Assembly: GCA_001949185.1 (NCBI GenBank)
Contig: BDGG01000012.1
Span: forward strand, 984,973 to 1,048,972
Reading direction: 5' to 3'
From: Ramazzottius varieornatus
Lineage: Eukaryota; Animalia; Tardigrada
DNA length: 64,000 nt
A model generated the notes under the pieces. That model had not been told where the DNA came from. It saw only the letters and a list, made by a program, of their open reading frames with translations, and made no database searches. Shown one piece after another: positions 27,027-39,169 of this stretch (within the stretch, counting starts at the first letter, position 1; each line of letters opens with the position of its first letter). Position numbers and translations under genes: made by a program.

Positions 27027-28099
27027 CTACCGAAACATCCGAGTTTGGAAAACTTTATCACTTCCGGAGCGACAAAACTACAGTTTCGTTCGCGAAATTG
27101 CGATAGGCCACACCGAGGAAACTCGTTCACCGCACGTCTTGCCATACGGTGAAATTTCCCGTGAACCACAAAACCAACGATTGATTCATTGATTGGACAA
27201 GTACCGCATGGTACTTCCGGACCGAACGACACAAAAGGAATCATTGAGAACATCGCTTGTGAGTTCCTGTGTTCTCGATTCTCTGTAAAGAGGCATTGAC
27301 GATTGTACATTTTAATCCTATGCAAATTTGAGTGGTAACAACGTCCGCTCGAGTTGGCACCAAGTTTGTTCAGGGTAAGACAAATATGGCAAGATGTTTC
27401 CGGACTGGGAGACATGGAACATAAGAAGAGCGAGCCCACGAGATGAGTGGAGGGATTGGTAATTATTGGCCCTGGGTCTTCTTGGTTTCATCGAAGTTCT
27501 TCATAAAGATAAGAATTTGTCTTTATTTTTAAATTGTTTATACCGAACTGCCGGAATTTGCGTCACGAAAACTGATGGGTGCATGATTGACAAAGTAGTC
27601 CGGAACGATGCGTCCTACAACGGAATATTGGACGTCGACAGGAAATGGGTGTGGCATTCTGGAATCTGGACCCTACAGACCTGGTGAGATTCGTCATCCT
27701 TGTTTTTGGCATTCAGATCACAACTCTTGATTGATAATTGTCTGTCAGTCTTCAGAATTTTCTTCTTGGAACGGAAGCCTCGTCGGATAATGGAAACGGA
27801 TGCTTGATGACAAAGAATGTGAAGAAGACCCGCTTCATGTCTTGCTTTGACTGCTGCGTCAACACTTGGAAAGTTGGAAGACGCCATGTGAAATGGATAG
27901 CCTTAGAGATTAAGTCGTACAGTGTTGGACGATGTTCCACCGTTGACTGACATGAACGGATGGTCGCATGTTGATTAGGTGAGTCTTGACTAGTGCGGGA
28001 CGATAATATTATTTGTCTGAGCAAACCATGGGGTAAACTTCTTTTCAGAAATCTTTCAAAGGACTTAACCGAGTGCACTCTAATTCCCGTGCCGAAAGA

Positions 28100-31000
28100 A
28101 TGCGGAAGTCCTCCTACATTTGTGCCCTCTTTTCCTTCCTCCTATTGACATCCGTTGCCGGTGGGCGTTCAAATCGCGTGAAGGGGACTTCAGCCTACGA
28201 GCTGGCTGCAGGTAAGGTTGCATGGTGGTTGGCCAAATTGTTTGTATTGAGATAGAATCGTGCCTTTCATCGGAAAACCCAGTGTACGCGATACGTGTCG
28301 ATTCAGAGAAGCCTACGCTAGAGTAAGCAAGAACCAATGAGCAGGGTGATCCCAACTGTCATGGGCCTTATGGCGTCCTGTGGGGAAGTTATACTCGAGC
28401 TGAAAGTGAAACCACAGGAACTCCAGATGTTGGCACAGGCCCGGGGACCCACTGCAGTCCCTCTCCCAAATCGCTCATCGGCATGAGCTCTCTCCCGCAC
28501 ATCCTGCTTGGCTTTTGAACCATGCAAACTGTATCTGACTTTGTTTTCTTGTTACGCCTTCGCAACTGGAAACGAAATGCCTATCGTCAGATTAGCGAAG
28601 GAACAAACGACGAACAAATTTCGCATCTTTGGCTTATCCAAATTTTTGATTATCAACTTCCCAATGCTTTGAGTCGTCTCGAAGAGGACTGCGTGTTTTT
28701 GGTTAGCCGATCAGAGTGCTGTTAGGCACTTTGATGGACGGCTGATCATTTTCCCCGTCGATCTGGATGTATATAGCTGCGCAGTTCCTCTCATTGTATC
28801 TGATGATATGTGAGGGACCTTTTGCCGTGGATCTTCTTGTGGCGACCTTCGTTCTTTATTTTACAATGGGTTGTTATTTGCAGCTCATGAAACCATCAGA
28901 CTATGTCCCCGTAATTTGGATAATGTGGACACCGGCTACCGGAAGTGTTTGCGGCCCTGTGTTACAGACAATGATTGCAAAGGGCGCCGAAAGAAGGTTC
29001 GTTTGACTTTCCGCAACAGTTTCTTTTGGTGATTGTTCAAATAGTCTGATTAAATAGAAGGCTTGTCAACTGTTTGTCTTTGCACACTAATGAGGCTGAA
29101 TCAAGGCGTTACTTATTATTCCAGTGTTTGTGCGATGGAGACTGCGGGATGTCATGCGTGAAGCCAAGTAAGTAAATCTTTATGTGATCATAAACGGGAA
29201 ATCTCCTTGGTTAGCGGTTTCCCGCTGAGGTCGCCAATGTTGCATTGGCGGACTGCTCACCACTTGCTATCAGAAACTTCTGACAGGCCGTGGCGATCTT
29301 ATCGCCCCAGCTTGTCCCCTTTGAAATATTATGCCCGTATATTATATGTGACTTGGGCAAATGGATTGTACCAGATCGCTGTTTCAAGTGGCGCACTGTA
29401 CTAATGCTGTTGGCAAGAAGCGTGCGCCACTTGGAGAAACGGCCCGGCTTGAATTACTTGCCCACGTCTCACATAGTTCTCGCGCTCTGTGTGTTTCGGC
29501 ATACCTGTCGTCGGTGATAGTTCATAACTTCATGTCGCTGGAAAACCTTGCGACATGAATTATATTTCGAGCCTTTTCCGTTTTGTGTCACAAAATACCT
29601 CAGCCTCGATCAATATCGATAAAGCCGAAAATTCATGTCCCTATGATATACGGACAATTTACCACAGTCGTGCACCATTTGTTTAACTACGCCGGTTTGT
29701 TCCGCTTAATTTGCTGCCCAAAGGTTATCTTCCACTGATATATCGAAACATTTAAAAGTTTCATCTTCACTGAGTGCTCTATACGCGCAGGTCAGAAGCA
29801 CCGCCATGGGTTCACAGAAGTATAATGGGAATTAATAATGCAACAAAAGAAAAGTGTTAATTCTTATTAGTGGCTCACAGAGATTGTAATAATTATCATT
29901 ACCTAAGCCGCAACGACGTTATCTCAGTCATTCCAATACCCGCTTATTCTTGACAGACACGAAATGCGCCCCGCTGACAGATCCTCTAAACGGCAAAGTC
30001 CACACGACGGGTATCGAAGCTTTTGGCGCCAGGGTCTTTTATACTTGTCAACCCGAGTTCAAGCTGAAAGGTCTCCGTGCAAGATCCTGCCAAGGAGATG
30101 GAACATGGTAAAAATACTTTTCAGTATAAGTTCTCTTGACAAACGTCTTGGCTGAGAGCTCGGAAAATATAACCGAAAACACTGCTGTCTCAACTGGTGC
30201 ACGTTACCAGTGGTATCGGGTCGATGTCTGCGCCGCTTCGAATAACAATGTTGTCGGGGTTTGTTTCGCGTAGATCACAGCTGTAAAATTTTGTATATTT
30301 TGTTTTCTTTGGAATTCGGAATCGAGAAATTAAACGAAATTGAACGTTTTGTAGGTCTCACGAAGCGCCAGTGTGCCAGCCCGATGGTGAGTATGATATG
30401 TGAGTGTTTGCTTACTCGGAAGATAACGTAAATAGTATGCAAAGTACAAACAAGAGCCATCGACTAATTTGTCTGTGGCTGCAGTCAAATGTGGGAATCC
30501 ACCGGAAATTCCTCACGCTCAACATAATGCCGACTGGCGGCATCATCAGTACGAGCTGGATACTATGATCCAGTATACTTGTGAGAGCGGTTATGCAATT
30601 GAGGGATTCGCCCGGGCCAAATGTATTTATTTCAACGGAACGGCCAAGTGGTAGGCTATCAACCTATAACCTGACTCCATTGACCCAACTCAAGTGTCGT
30701 CTAAATACTATTCCTGCCTCTTTGCAGGTTTGGTCCGGATCTTCGATGTCTTCGTAAGTGCCAAACCCGCTCTTCTGAGTCAGCACGTACAGTAAATAAC
30801 GACGCCCAAATTTGAGAGGTCTTCACTGATTAGATGCGCCTCTCTTCGTCCACCTGCATACATATCGGCCTCGTCTGTCGAACCGGTGCTGTATGCAGGT
30901 ACTTGAAGAACACGCGTATTTTTATCTCGTACCCGTTGAAATTCATCCAGCTAGCTATCCATACACAAGACCGTGCATGTGAAACGATAGGGATGTGTTT

Positions 31001-34000
31001 AGGTGGTTAAAGATATACACGTTGAACTTTCATTTGCCAACTTCCCAATCAAGGATGCAAATTAGAGGTCACAAAGGCAGTCTCTCAAATTATTCGCAGT
31101 TCAAGCGTACTCGTACATTCAACTGTCGGTCCGTGTTTTAATTCCCGCTGGAAGAGGCATCGAAGATTTGCTCACAAGTCACTTACCATTGATTACTTCT
31201 GTCGATAATGTTATACGCTAACGACAACTTATCTCTCAACAGCTCGTAACTGCGGGGACCCCGGCGGCATCACCAACGGCTACGTTGAAGGATCCGTCTT
31301 TCATTACCCACATCACGTCAAATTCCATTGTTATCCGGGATACAATCTCATCGGCAAATCCGTACGATATTGCCAGGTACAGATTTCTGACTTCTTTCGT
31401 TGAGTTAGGATTTTTCCCACACCATAAACGACCTTCTTCCGGTAGAGAAATGGAAAGTGGGATGGAGACGGAAACCCGCTGTGCAAAGGTAACAGAAGTA
31501 CTGTCATTCGACGTTCTCTTCACCTTCTAATCGTACCTTATTCTTTAAAACATAGCTGTGGAGTGTCCTCGACCAGCAGATCCTTACAATGGTTTCGCTG
31601 TCGTCACCTCTTTGAAATACGAGTCACCAGTGACGTACACGTGCAAGCCGGGATATCAGGTCGTCAACCAGGAAGAACGACGATGCCAAGCTAACCAGAC
31701 ATGGAGTGGGCCAGAACCTAAGTGCGAAGGTGGGTAGATGTCGAGGCTCTTCTTATTCTGCTGTGCAATTCAGGCGGAAGTGTGGTTTCGAATGGCTGTG
31801 ATTTTTCCATTCTTTGTAGTAGTGAACTGCGGTCCTCCTCCGCCAATCCCAAATGGCGGCTATAATGGCACGACCACCAGCTTCAACTCTGTTGTCATGT
31901 TCTACTGTAATCACGGCTTCAAGTTCGTGGGAATGACGACAACGGCCAAGTGCAAGGCAGACGGAAACTGGTAAGAAGACACACAAAAATGTTTCAGTTT
32001 TTCCCGCAGCTGTGAAGACCTTCAATCCGAGCTTTGAATTTCGGCGCACTGTCCCAAAGCTATCTGTGTGACTGTGTCTGTGTCAAACATTAGTGCTATG
32101 CAATGCTATACACACACGACGAGAAATTATGGCACAGTAACAGTTATGGGATAGGCCTTTTCGCTACGGCGGCACGGAAGCACGTACGTACGCGACCCAT
32201 TCACAGTAATGAATTTTTCGACACTTTTCTACGGTTGAATTCCCATTTTGCCGTCCTTTCCGCCAGTCCCATAATTTTTACTGTACCATAATTTCTCGTC
32301 TTGCGTGTTCTATGTGTGGACTTTATCATTACAGGTCTCACGAGGCTCCCAAATGCTTTGGTATGCTATACATAATCGCTTCGATATGTTCCAGTTCGTA
32401 CTAAACTCATTTATCTTACTAACTCTAATCGCTATTGTAGCCCCGTGCACCATCCCCTACATCGAGTTCGGAACTGTTAATGGGTCCCCGGGGGATCGTT
32501 TGAGCCACGGCGACTTGTTAAATGTTTCCTGTGTGCCCAAGTACGAGCTGGCGTACAGCGCCAGTCCCTCGATGTGTTACAACGGGACGTTCACCCAGAT
32601 TCCCACGTGTCAGGCCGCAAGTTGCAAGCACGCCCCACCGCATCCCAAGCGAGGCCTAGTTATCGCGCCCAAAACCGACCATGGGATGAAAGCCCGTTTT
32701 ATTTGTAACAAAGGCTTCAGGATTATTGGAGAAGACACCGCCACGTGTGAATACGGCAACTGGACTGTGCAGACACCGCCCATCTGCCAAGAAAGTAGGA
32801 GGTTTTCTATAATCTTTTTGTTTGTGTTACTTCCGGTCTGACTTTTGTTTGGTCTCAGTGTACTGTCCTTGGCCCGGAAAGCTACCCAATGGAACCATCT
32901 ATTTGGTGGGAGCTATGGGCTCGTATGAATATTACGACTACATCAAGACCGTCGTTCAAGACCGCCAAATTCGATATGAGTGCAGCAAAGGCTATTTCCT
33001 GCAAGGCGGCCCAGCTGGAGCCACTTGCGTTGACGGAAACTGGTCTCCCATTGAAAAGCCAAAATGTCACCCAGGTAAACTTCCACCCTACTCATCATAA
33101 AAATATAAGCTGCAGAGGTTTTCAACATCATCTACTGTACATAAATGGCAAATCACTCACGTTTCGTCGATAACGCATAAATAACTCTTAAACACTAACT
33201 GATAGTACGTACAGTAATTTGATGACTTTTATGACCGACGCCCGTAATCGGGACGTGGGCAAAATGGGTTGAACCAGATCGTTATTCGGAGCGGCGAACG
33301 TTTGCATCGTTTTTAGCTGAGCGTGTGCGCCACTTGGGAAAACGATGGTACGCTGCATTTGTCCACGTCTCAGTCATTTTTCTTGCTAACAGGTTGAGTT
33401 CACAGTAGTTTGCTAACTTAGTGCTCTCTTTCTCCGGTATGGTGAACTAATAGCATGTACGTTGTGGTCCCAGGTTTACATTCCCCCAAATCAGTGTTCG
33501 GGCGAAGAATGAAGCGTGAGACGCTCGAAGGTATTGTGAACGAAATGTGGCTAGTCTAACCGTATGCATGTGTTTCTTTCAAAGGACCGGTATTGTTGAA
33601 TGGACGACGAACTTTTCTTGCAGCCCCCTGCTCCGACGGCCTCAAGTCCGACCGCTTCGAACAAAGCAACCTGCTTAAAGACCCCGAAGACGCTTCGCAT
33701 TTCATCGCTACCATCAAGTGCCGACCAGGCTTCACCGTTAATGTACCCGACGGGAGCGCTACCTGCAAGAACGGAATGTGGAAACCTCGCAAACCCGAGT
33801 GTGTTCCATGTGAGTACCGTGCAACATTACTTACAACCGGAGTTCCGCAAACAGATTCGACAAGATTGCTTTTAACACTTTCAGCACGATCGTTTTCGTG
33901 TTTGCAGAATACTACCGTCCCCTTTGTGCATACAGGAGTTTTATTGGCTGGTACCGTGTTGCGGAGGCTGGTCCAGCCAATAGGCAATTTTCAAAATTTC

Positions 34001-36702
34001 GAAATTCGGATAATTGGCAGGCCATGAACGCCAAATCTCAAAAGGGAGAACTGGTCGTCTTGATCTTCTTCTGACCGCACTGATGACTAAAAAAAATTAC
34101 CCCAGGCTCGGCTTCGATAGACAAGACTGTCCCCAGTGCTCCAGTTTTTTTCTAAACGAATACCGTGCAGGTGTCTCGCGCGAAGAGACGAAACACGGAA
34201 TTTCACCAAAACCACCCGAAACGGTAGAAAAATTTCCAGCGTTCTGGGGTTTTGCTGACCGAGGTACATGCAAACAAAAAGACGCAGACCCGAAAGACCA
34301 AAAGCTAAAACTGGGAGGTGAATAAAACTGAGTGATTGTATACACAAAGAGGACGGTCGTACGCAGAGTGGTAAAGTGGCGCACGGTATCAGGCAACACT
34401 ATCGAAAACTTGCGCCACTTGGGAAACAAACCCGACCAGATTATCTTCCCAAATGGTGCACGTTTTGGGCGTTCTAGGCTGAACGCGTGCGCCACTTGAA
34501 AGCGATCTTGTGAGCTTTTTTCGGCGAGCTCCCTCGAAAGCGTACGTCACCAATCAAACAAACAGTATTTGACCACAACATGGTACAGTAACTTGCAGAG
34601 TTCCCGAGACCATGAACGGATACTTCAAGGACTTCAACCAAACAGTCGCGGCTTGGAGCGAACTCCAGGACCAGTAAGAGATTCATAGCCGACATTTTTG
34701 GGGTTTGGTTTAGATTTGGTTTTTGCAGAAAAGTTTTGGCGTTCGCGTGCTTCGTCGGCTTTCAAATCAGCGGACCAGAAACCATACTTTGCTCAACCGG
34801 ACAGTGGATACCACCAGTCATGCCAGAATGTATTCCGGCTTCCTGTCATCTACCCGAACTTCACAACGGAGGTTACGATGGAGGCTATCGCAGTGGATTT
34901 GTCGTCGGCCATAACTCGATAATTGGCTTTCATTGCCTGGACTACTTCTGGAGGTCTCCCAGTGAGTCCGTCGTCCGATGTAACCTAGGGATCCTCGCAC
35001 CCAAAAGCCCCGAGTGCCTCAGTACATCATCGACGCAAGCACCTGCACGCGTGAACGACCTTCGTCGAGAAGTCGGCAAGAAAACAGAGTCCAGAAACAC
35101 TACCGTTGTAATCAGTGAAAAGAGCCTTCTTCCTCCCGAAGTAATACCCACCACTAAAAACTGCTCATTAGGAAACCTTGACCATATCGTAGTCTATCAA
35201 GCAAACACCAAGCTGAATGTGTCTTCCTCGAACATCTTCCCGGACAACACGGAGCTTCTGTTTCATTGTGAACATCTGGGGCTCTACCAGCTGATAGGCT
35301 CGCCGCGTTTGATTTGCACGAACAACAGATGGGACGGTATGGTACCAAGATGTGAAAGCTTGACGGGCTCTGCAGAGCCTGCCAGCTTGCCGCCCGCCGT
35401 CCATTACCGCATTACATCGGGCATCATAGGCTTTAGCAGTCACGGCGAGCTCTTGGTTTACCCTAGTACCAACCTGCTACTGGACTGCGAATGGCCTCGG
35501 CAAAAGGACACGCCAAGCTGGACGGTCTCACATTCGTTCCGCCGATATTCGAAAGGCTGGTCCCAAACTTTACTTGATTCTTTCGTCATGCACTCGCATA
35601 CTCACCTGTTATGATAACTCTGCAAGCTATAGTATGCAGGTGCATGAGAGATGGACTGATATTTATGGTGTGTCTTTTCCAGCTTGGGTGGATCTCGACA
35701 AACGAAGCGTTTACCGGCTATCAATCCTTCACGCCGTAGAAGAAGACTCGGGCGTCTTCACCTGTCTGACACCTCGTGGTAAAGCTCACAGTATTATAAT
35801 CAAAGTGCGCAGCGTGGAGTGTCCGGTAATCGTGCCTTCGATCGCTGGTCTGTCGACCAACACCTCTTCAACGCGAATGGGCACCAGCGTGGCCTTTTCC
35901 TGCATGAAAGGCACGACTTTACACGGACCAAAGACAATACTGTGCCTTCCCACTGGCTCATGGTCAGATGTGCCGCCGACGTGCACATCTGCACTCTGTC
36001 CAGTGATCAATCCTACAAGCAAGCATTTGAAGGTCTATGCGATTTCGCGGGAGCCCGGAAGTACCGTTGAGTTCAGCTGCATGAGCGGTACGCGTTTGCT
36101 TGGAAGATCTTCGGCCAAGTGCTTGACGGATGCAAGCTGGTCCGCGGACGTCCCACAATGTGAAGGTAGGAGTACCAGATTCCTTCTTGTGCTTTCTTCC
36201 AGCAAGCATGTGCTGTACATTGTACGTGTAAACTGATACTTTGTACTGTAGAACTTTACTGTTCTGCACCGGAGCCTCCGCAAAATGGCTGGCTATCGAA
36301 ACGATCGTCGTCGTTCAAGGTGGGAGAGAAGCTCGAAGTGTTGTGCAAAGCTGGCTACGCGGTTGTCGGAGGCGATAGTCAGCTTCAGTGCGATGAGAGC
36401 GGAAACTGGTCCAGCGAGACGCCTGTGTGCTCACCAAGCTGCAACTATCCAGGTAATCTACAGCACATCGCCAAACTACAATCACTCGCTTTACATCACT
36501 TGACGCCAATGCCATCACTTTTACAGGTCATCCAGAAAACGGCCGGATAATTCTTCCATCATTTCTCAAGTTTTATTATGCTACGAACGAAAGTATAACG
36601 TTCGCATGTGAAGACAGTTTTACTCTCAGAGGCAGCAATATCATTTTTTGTACGGAAAATGGACGATGGTCAAGTCGACTGCCAACATGTACGATCTCAT
36701 AA
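28100..36702 (+). CDS. LEV-9/Hasp-like secreted scaffold: WAP domain, 8 CCP (sushi), furin site, further CCPs and an Ig-like domain
   Basis: Signal peptide exon at 28100; WAP exons ~28884-28996 and ~29124-29167 (CLRPCVTDNDCKGRRKKCLCDGDCGMSC); eight CCPs to ~33074; exon 33474-33530 encodes RRMKR; more CCPs; Ig-like 'EEDSGVFTC'; stop at 36700-36702. Confidence 0.85.
29347..29473. repeat. Palindromic CAAGTGGCGCA element, long form
   Basis: Core hairpin plus outer arms GACTTGGGCAA / TTGCCCACGTC; closely related to the copy at 33250-33372. Confidence 0.8.
32111..32307. mobile_element. MITE-like element in a LEV-9/Hasp-like intron
   Basis: Imperfect ~35-bp inverted repeats GACGAGAAATTATGGCACAGTAACAGTTATGGGA / TCCCATAATTTTTACTGTACCATAATTTCTCGTC. 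Confidence 0.65.
33250..33372. repeat. Palindromic CAAGTGGCGCA element, long form
   Basis: GACGTGGGCAAA...CCAGATCG...GTGCGCCACTTGGG...TTTGTCCACGTC. Confidence 0.75.
34365..34540. repeat. Two tandem palindromic CAAGTGGCGCA elements
   Basis: AAGTGGCGCAC...TGCGCCACTTGGG followed by AATGGTGCACG...CGTGCGCCACTTG; the right flank resembles 49560-49615. Confidence 0.75.
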
Positions 36703-36880
36703 TTCAATACTCAACTTGTTAAAAAGTAGAACTCAACTATATCGCACCGCTGGCTCGCTATAAACCACCACAAAAAGCTAAAGATGCCTCCTGCGTAATG
36801 AACTCACGTGTTCCCTGGGGTCCATTCCAAAGGCACCTGCAAAAACAGAAGTTTGATCCATCGTCAATGGCGGAAACTGC

Positions 36881-37010
36881 AATTGTGAGTCCTTTAGCGA
36901 AAGAATGGCCCCAAGTTGAACCATCCTATGTCTTATAGGACACTTGTACTTTCGGAAAAGATCAGGAATCCCACCAAATAGATCGGAGGGATTCCGCCTA
37001 AGATTCCGTT
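36881..37010 (-). ncRNA. Box H/ACA snoRNA (target unassigned)
   Basis: Hairpin 1 (cggaa/ttccg lower stem, ggaatccc/gggattcc upper stem), H box AAAGUA, hairpin 2 (gtcct/aggac; ggatggtt/ggccattc), terminal ACAauu. Confidence 0.75.
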
Positions 37011-37159
37011 CCCATAGAGGAAAGGTTCAACTTACGCACATGTGCTCAAACAATGTCCACGTAAGTCTACATGCGCAACAACACTTCCGGTTCTGCAACA
37101 AAGCAACCACTGGTCAACATAAACTCTTTGACGCTTTGCCATACCAGAACATTTGATAA

Positions 37160-37226
37160 AGCTTCAGTTAGCGTAAGTAAATTCATGGTTTATCACATAG
37201 CAAAAGGGCAGTAGTTCATCATTTCA
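37160..37226 (-). ncRNA. Box C/D snoRNA; first guide GCCCUUUUGCU probably antisense to 28S 'AGCAAAAGGGC'
   Basis: AUGAUGA (37222-37216) ... CUGA (37167-37164). rRNA match is from memory. Confidence 0.8.
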
Positions 37227-37381
37227 CCATTAATTTGGAACAAAAGGAATCGGTTGTACTCACGTACCTGTATTCCGTGCTGAATCAGCTAATGCTCAAA
37301 GGACTACAAGCCTGGAACCAAAAGAACGCGAATCAGCTCTGAGAATTCTGTCCGTATTACTAACACCAAGAAACAAGTCCA

Positions 37382-37472
37382 CAAGATCATAAGGGTGTGT
37401 GATAGTGCTCAAATTACAAGTCCTCATACCGGTAAAGCGACCGATAAGTCCCAAGTTTTTCGAATCATGTCA
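37382..37472 (-). ncRNA. Atypical snoRNA candidate with degenerate boxes
   Basis: Occupies the snoRNA position of its intron. AUGAUUC...AUGAGGA...AUGA. Carries UCGCUUUACCGG (antisense to 28S CCGGUAAAGCGA) and UUUGAGCACU (antisense to 18S AGUGCUCAAA). Confidence 0.45.
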
Positions 37473-37629
37473 ATCAACTGTTTCCTGTTTTTCTAGCAGC
37501 AGAACTCACCGGTATATCGACCGTTACCGTAGAAGTCTTCCGTCCGTGGACGCTCAACCTACAGAAGACGAAGCGTCAGATCCCTCGCACACCCGCCACA
37601 CCGAAAACAAGACGATTTCCAACAGGGAA

Positions 37630-37700
37630 GAGTTTCAGTATAGCGTATATATTTGTCAACCAGGCATGCAGGTCTTGGGTTAGTTCACTCATCATGCACA
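37630..37700 (-). ncRNA. SNORD54: Box C/D snoRNA, U54/SNORD54-like (18S Gm644-equivalent guide)
   Basis: AUGAUGA (37695-37689) ... AUAUACGCUAUA-CUGA (D box 37638-37635). The guide is antisense to conserved 18S AUAGCGUAUAU and the D+5 position pairs with G, as in human U54 (AUACGCUAUUCUGA). Confidence 0.88.
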
Positions 37701-37860
37701 TTCCAAGGACACTCAAACTACACACGAAAACAGGCCAGAAACAACCTACTTCGCTTCTTCCTCGCTACATCAACCTGTCGTCCGGGTCAATACCTAATGG
37801 AGAAAAACAGAACATTTGAGTTGTCAGGCATGCATTTTGCCTATAGACCGAAAAGAAAAG

Positions 37861-37928
37861 AATGTTCAGTCGCCTGAAAGTTGGCATCACTGGCAGTCAA
37901 TGCATGTAGGTTGGATCATCATAAAACT
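37861..37928 (-). ncRNA. Box C/D snoRNA (target unassigned)
   Basis: C AUGAUGA (37922-37916), D' UUGA, C' GUGAUGC, D CUGA (37869-37866), about 72 nt from the 3' splice site. Confidence 0.8.
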
Positions 37929-38077
37929 TTCCGAAGCGAAACGCCTAAATTAGTTTCGCTCACCTCTGTCCGAACACCGCTGTTAAGGTGCCATATCGAG
38001 ACGTAAGTTCCATCCACCTACAACAAACACTGGTCAACATATCCTTCATGGTCGCGGAAAGGGACTGTCCATTAATG

Positions 38078-38146
38078 AAGCTTTCAGATCCCGGTAAAAC
38101 AATACGGTCACGGTATATCAGCAACTTTACATTCATCATATACTTT
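38078..38146 (-). ncRNA. Box C/D snoRNA; D guide UUGUUUUACCGG probably pairs 28S CCGGUAAAGCGA (two G-U pairs)
   Basis: C AUGAUGA (38139-38133), D' CUGA, C'-like GUGACC, D CUGA (38087-38084). The D' guide AAAGUUG may pair 18S CAACUUU, but the match is short. Confidence 0.82.
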
Positions 38147-38303
38147 AAGAACGATTTCAGTGATGTGAAGAGGACAGACTCACTTCGAGGAGAAGAACAG
38201 CCGGTGTCCCAACTTCCGGTCTGGTATCGCAGATTTATCCACCTGTAAACACTACATCGTCAGAACAACCATCTCCACTCTGCTTTCAAACCAAGCACAT
38301 CGT

Positions 38304-38396
38304 AAACAGTGATCATACAGCTTATATTGGTGGGTAAGCTGGTTCGTCAGTTTTGAATCGGATGGAGGTGCAAAGTTATAATCATTCACCCTGTTT
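38304..38396 (-). ncRNA. Box C/D-like snoRNA with variant boxes (target unassigned)
   Basis: Terminal stem aaacag..gtga/tcac..tgttt, C AUGAUUA, D' CCGA, C' CUGACGA, D AUGA, about 70 nt from the 3' splice site. Confidence 0.6.
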
Positions 38397-38555
38397 TCTA
38401 ACAACAACCTCTCAAACCAAAATGACTTACCAATTTAAAACGAAACGCTTTCGAAGTACGGATCCCATCGGGGTAAGATGACTCTGTAAATAACAACTTG
38501 ATATATGCGCAGCATGCAATTAAGAGATGTAGTACGAAGGCGAAGTTAACCAAAG

Positions 38556-38640
38556 ATTGGGTTGGATCAGTTCGCCCTAGTGTGTAATCACAAGCATTCA
38601 GAGGATTGACAGATTAGTGTTTTTCATCACCACAACCAAT
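38556..38640 (-). ncRNA. SNORD110: Box C/D snoRNA, SNORD110 (HBII-55)-like (18S Um1288-equivalent guide)
   Basis: C GUGAUGA, 14-nt guide AAUCUGUCAAUCCU-CUGA antisense to 18S AGGAUUGACAGAUU, C' GUGAUUA, D CUGA, long terminal stem. Confidence 0.9.
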
Positions 38641-38789
38641 ACAAAAAACCTACGGAAAACTGCGGCGCACACATACCTAGATAGCAAAGTGGAACAGAAT
38701 TCAGCCGAGAACTGCCATCCTGAAACAAGAGATAGAAGTTAAATCGCCCCAAAAACACCACAACGTCCAAATTCGAAACGCGAGCAGCT

Positions 38790-38857
38790 AATCTCAGTTC
38801 GCCCTAGAGTGTCGACAAAGAATAATCCGTGGACTGAAGTGATATTCATCATGAACA
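38790..38857 (-). ncRNA. Box C/D snoRNA; D' guide CACUUCAGUC antisense to 28S GACUGAAGUG
   Basis: C AUGAUGA (38852-38846), D' CGGA, D CUGA (38797-38794). Its D guide CUAGGGCGAA is shared with the neighbouring snoRNA. Confidence 0.85.
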
Positions 38858-39046
38858 AATGCGCTAACGAAAGACTGTCAACTTCTGTTGAGGCGAAGAT
38901 TCTTACCTTTAGAAGAAGACTGAGCCGCTTTCAAAGAGGCAGTCACGGAATGCGCATCGCAGAACGTGGGCACAACCTGCAAAGAACAAACTGTCACAAA
39001 CATGATTGTCAGTTTGTCATTCTGGATATTCAAGAGCAATGTCGGC

Positions 39047-39169
39047 AACAGCCCTATAGCAGATCAGCCAGAAAAGCCGTCAGCTTACACAAGTCAACAG
39101 TTACTCTGTCCATCCTTAGCACCTTGCCGACAGATAGGAGTGTCGCCAAGCGGCTTAAAAAGATGGAGG
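39047..39169 (-). ncRNA. Box H/ACA snoRNA; 5' pocket probably guides the 18S U in GAGCC-U-G-CGGCUUAA (ACA5/snR85-type site)
   Basis: Hairpin 1 tccatct/ggatgga and cttggcgaca/tgtcggcaag with pocket strand UUAAGCCG, H box AGAGUA, a weaker hairpin 2, and ACAuug 70 nt from the 3' splice site. Confidence 0.75.
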
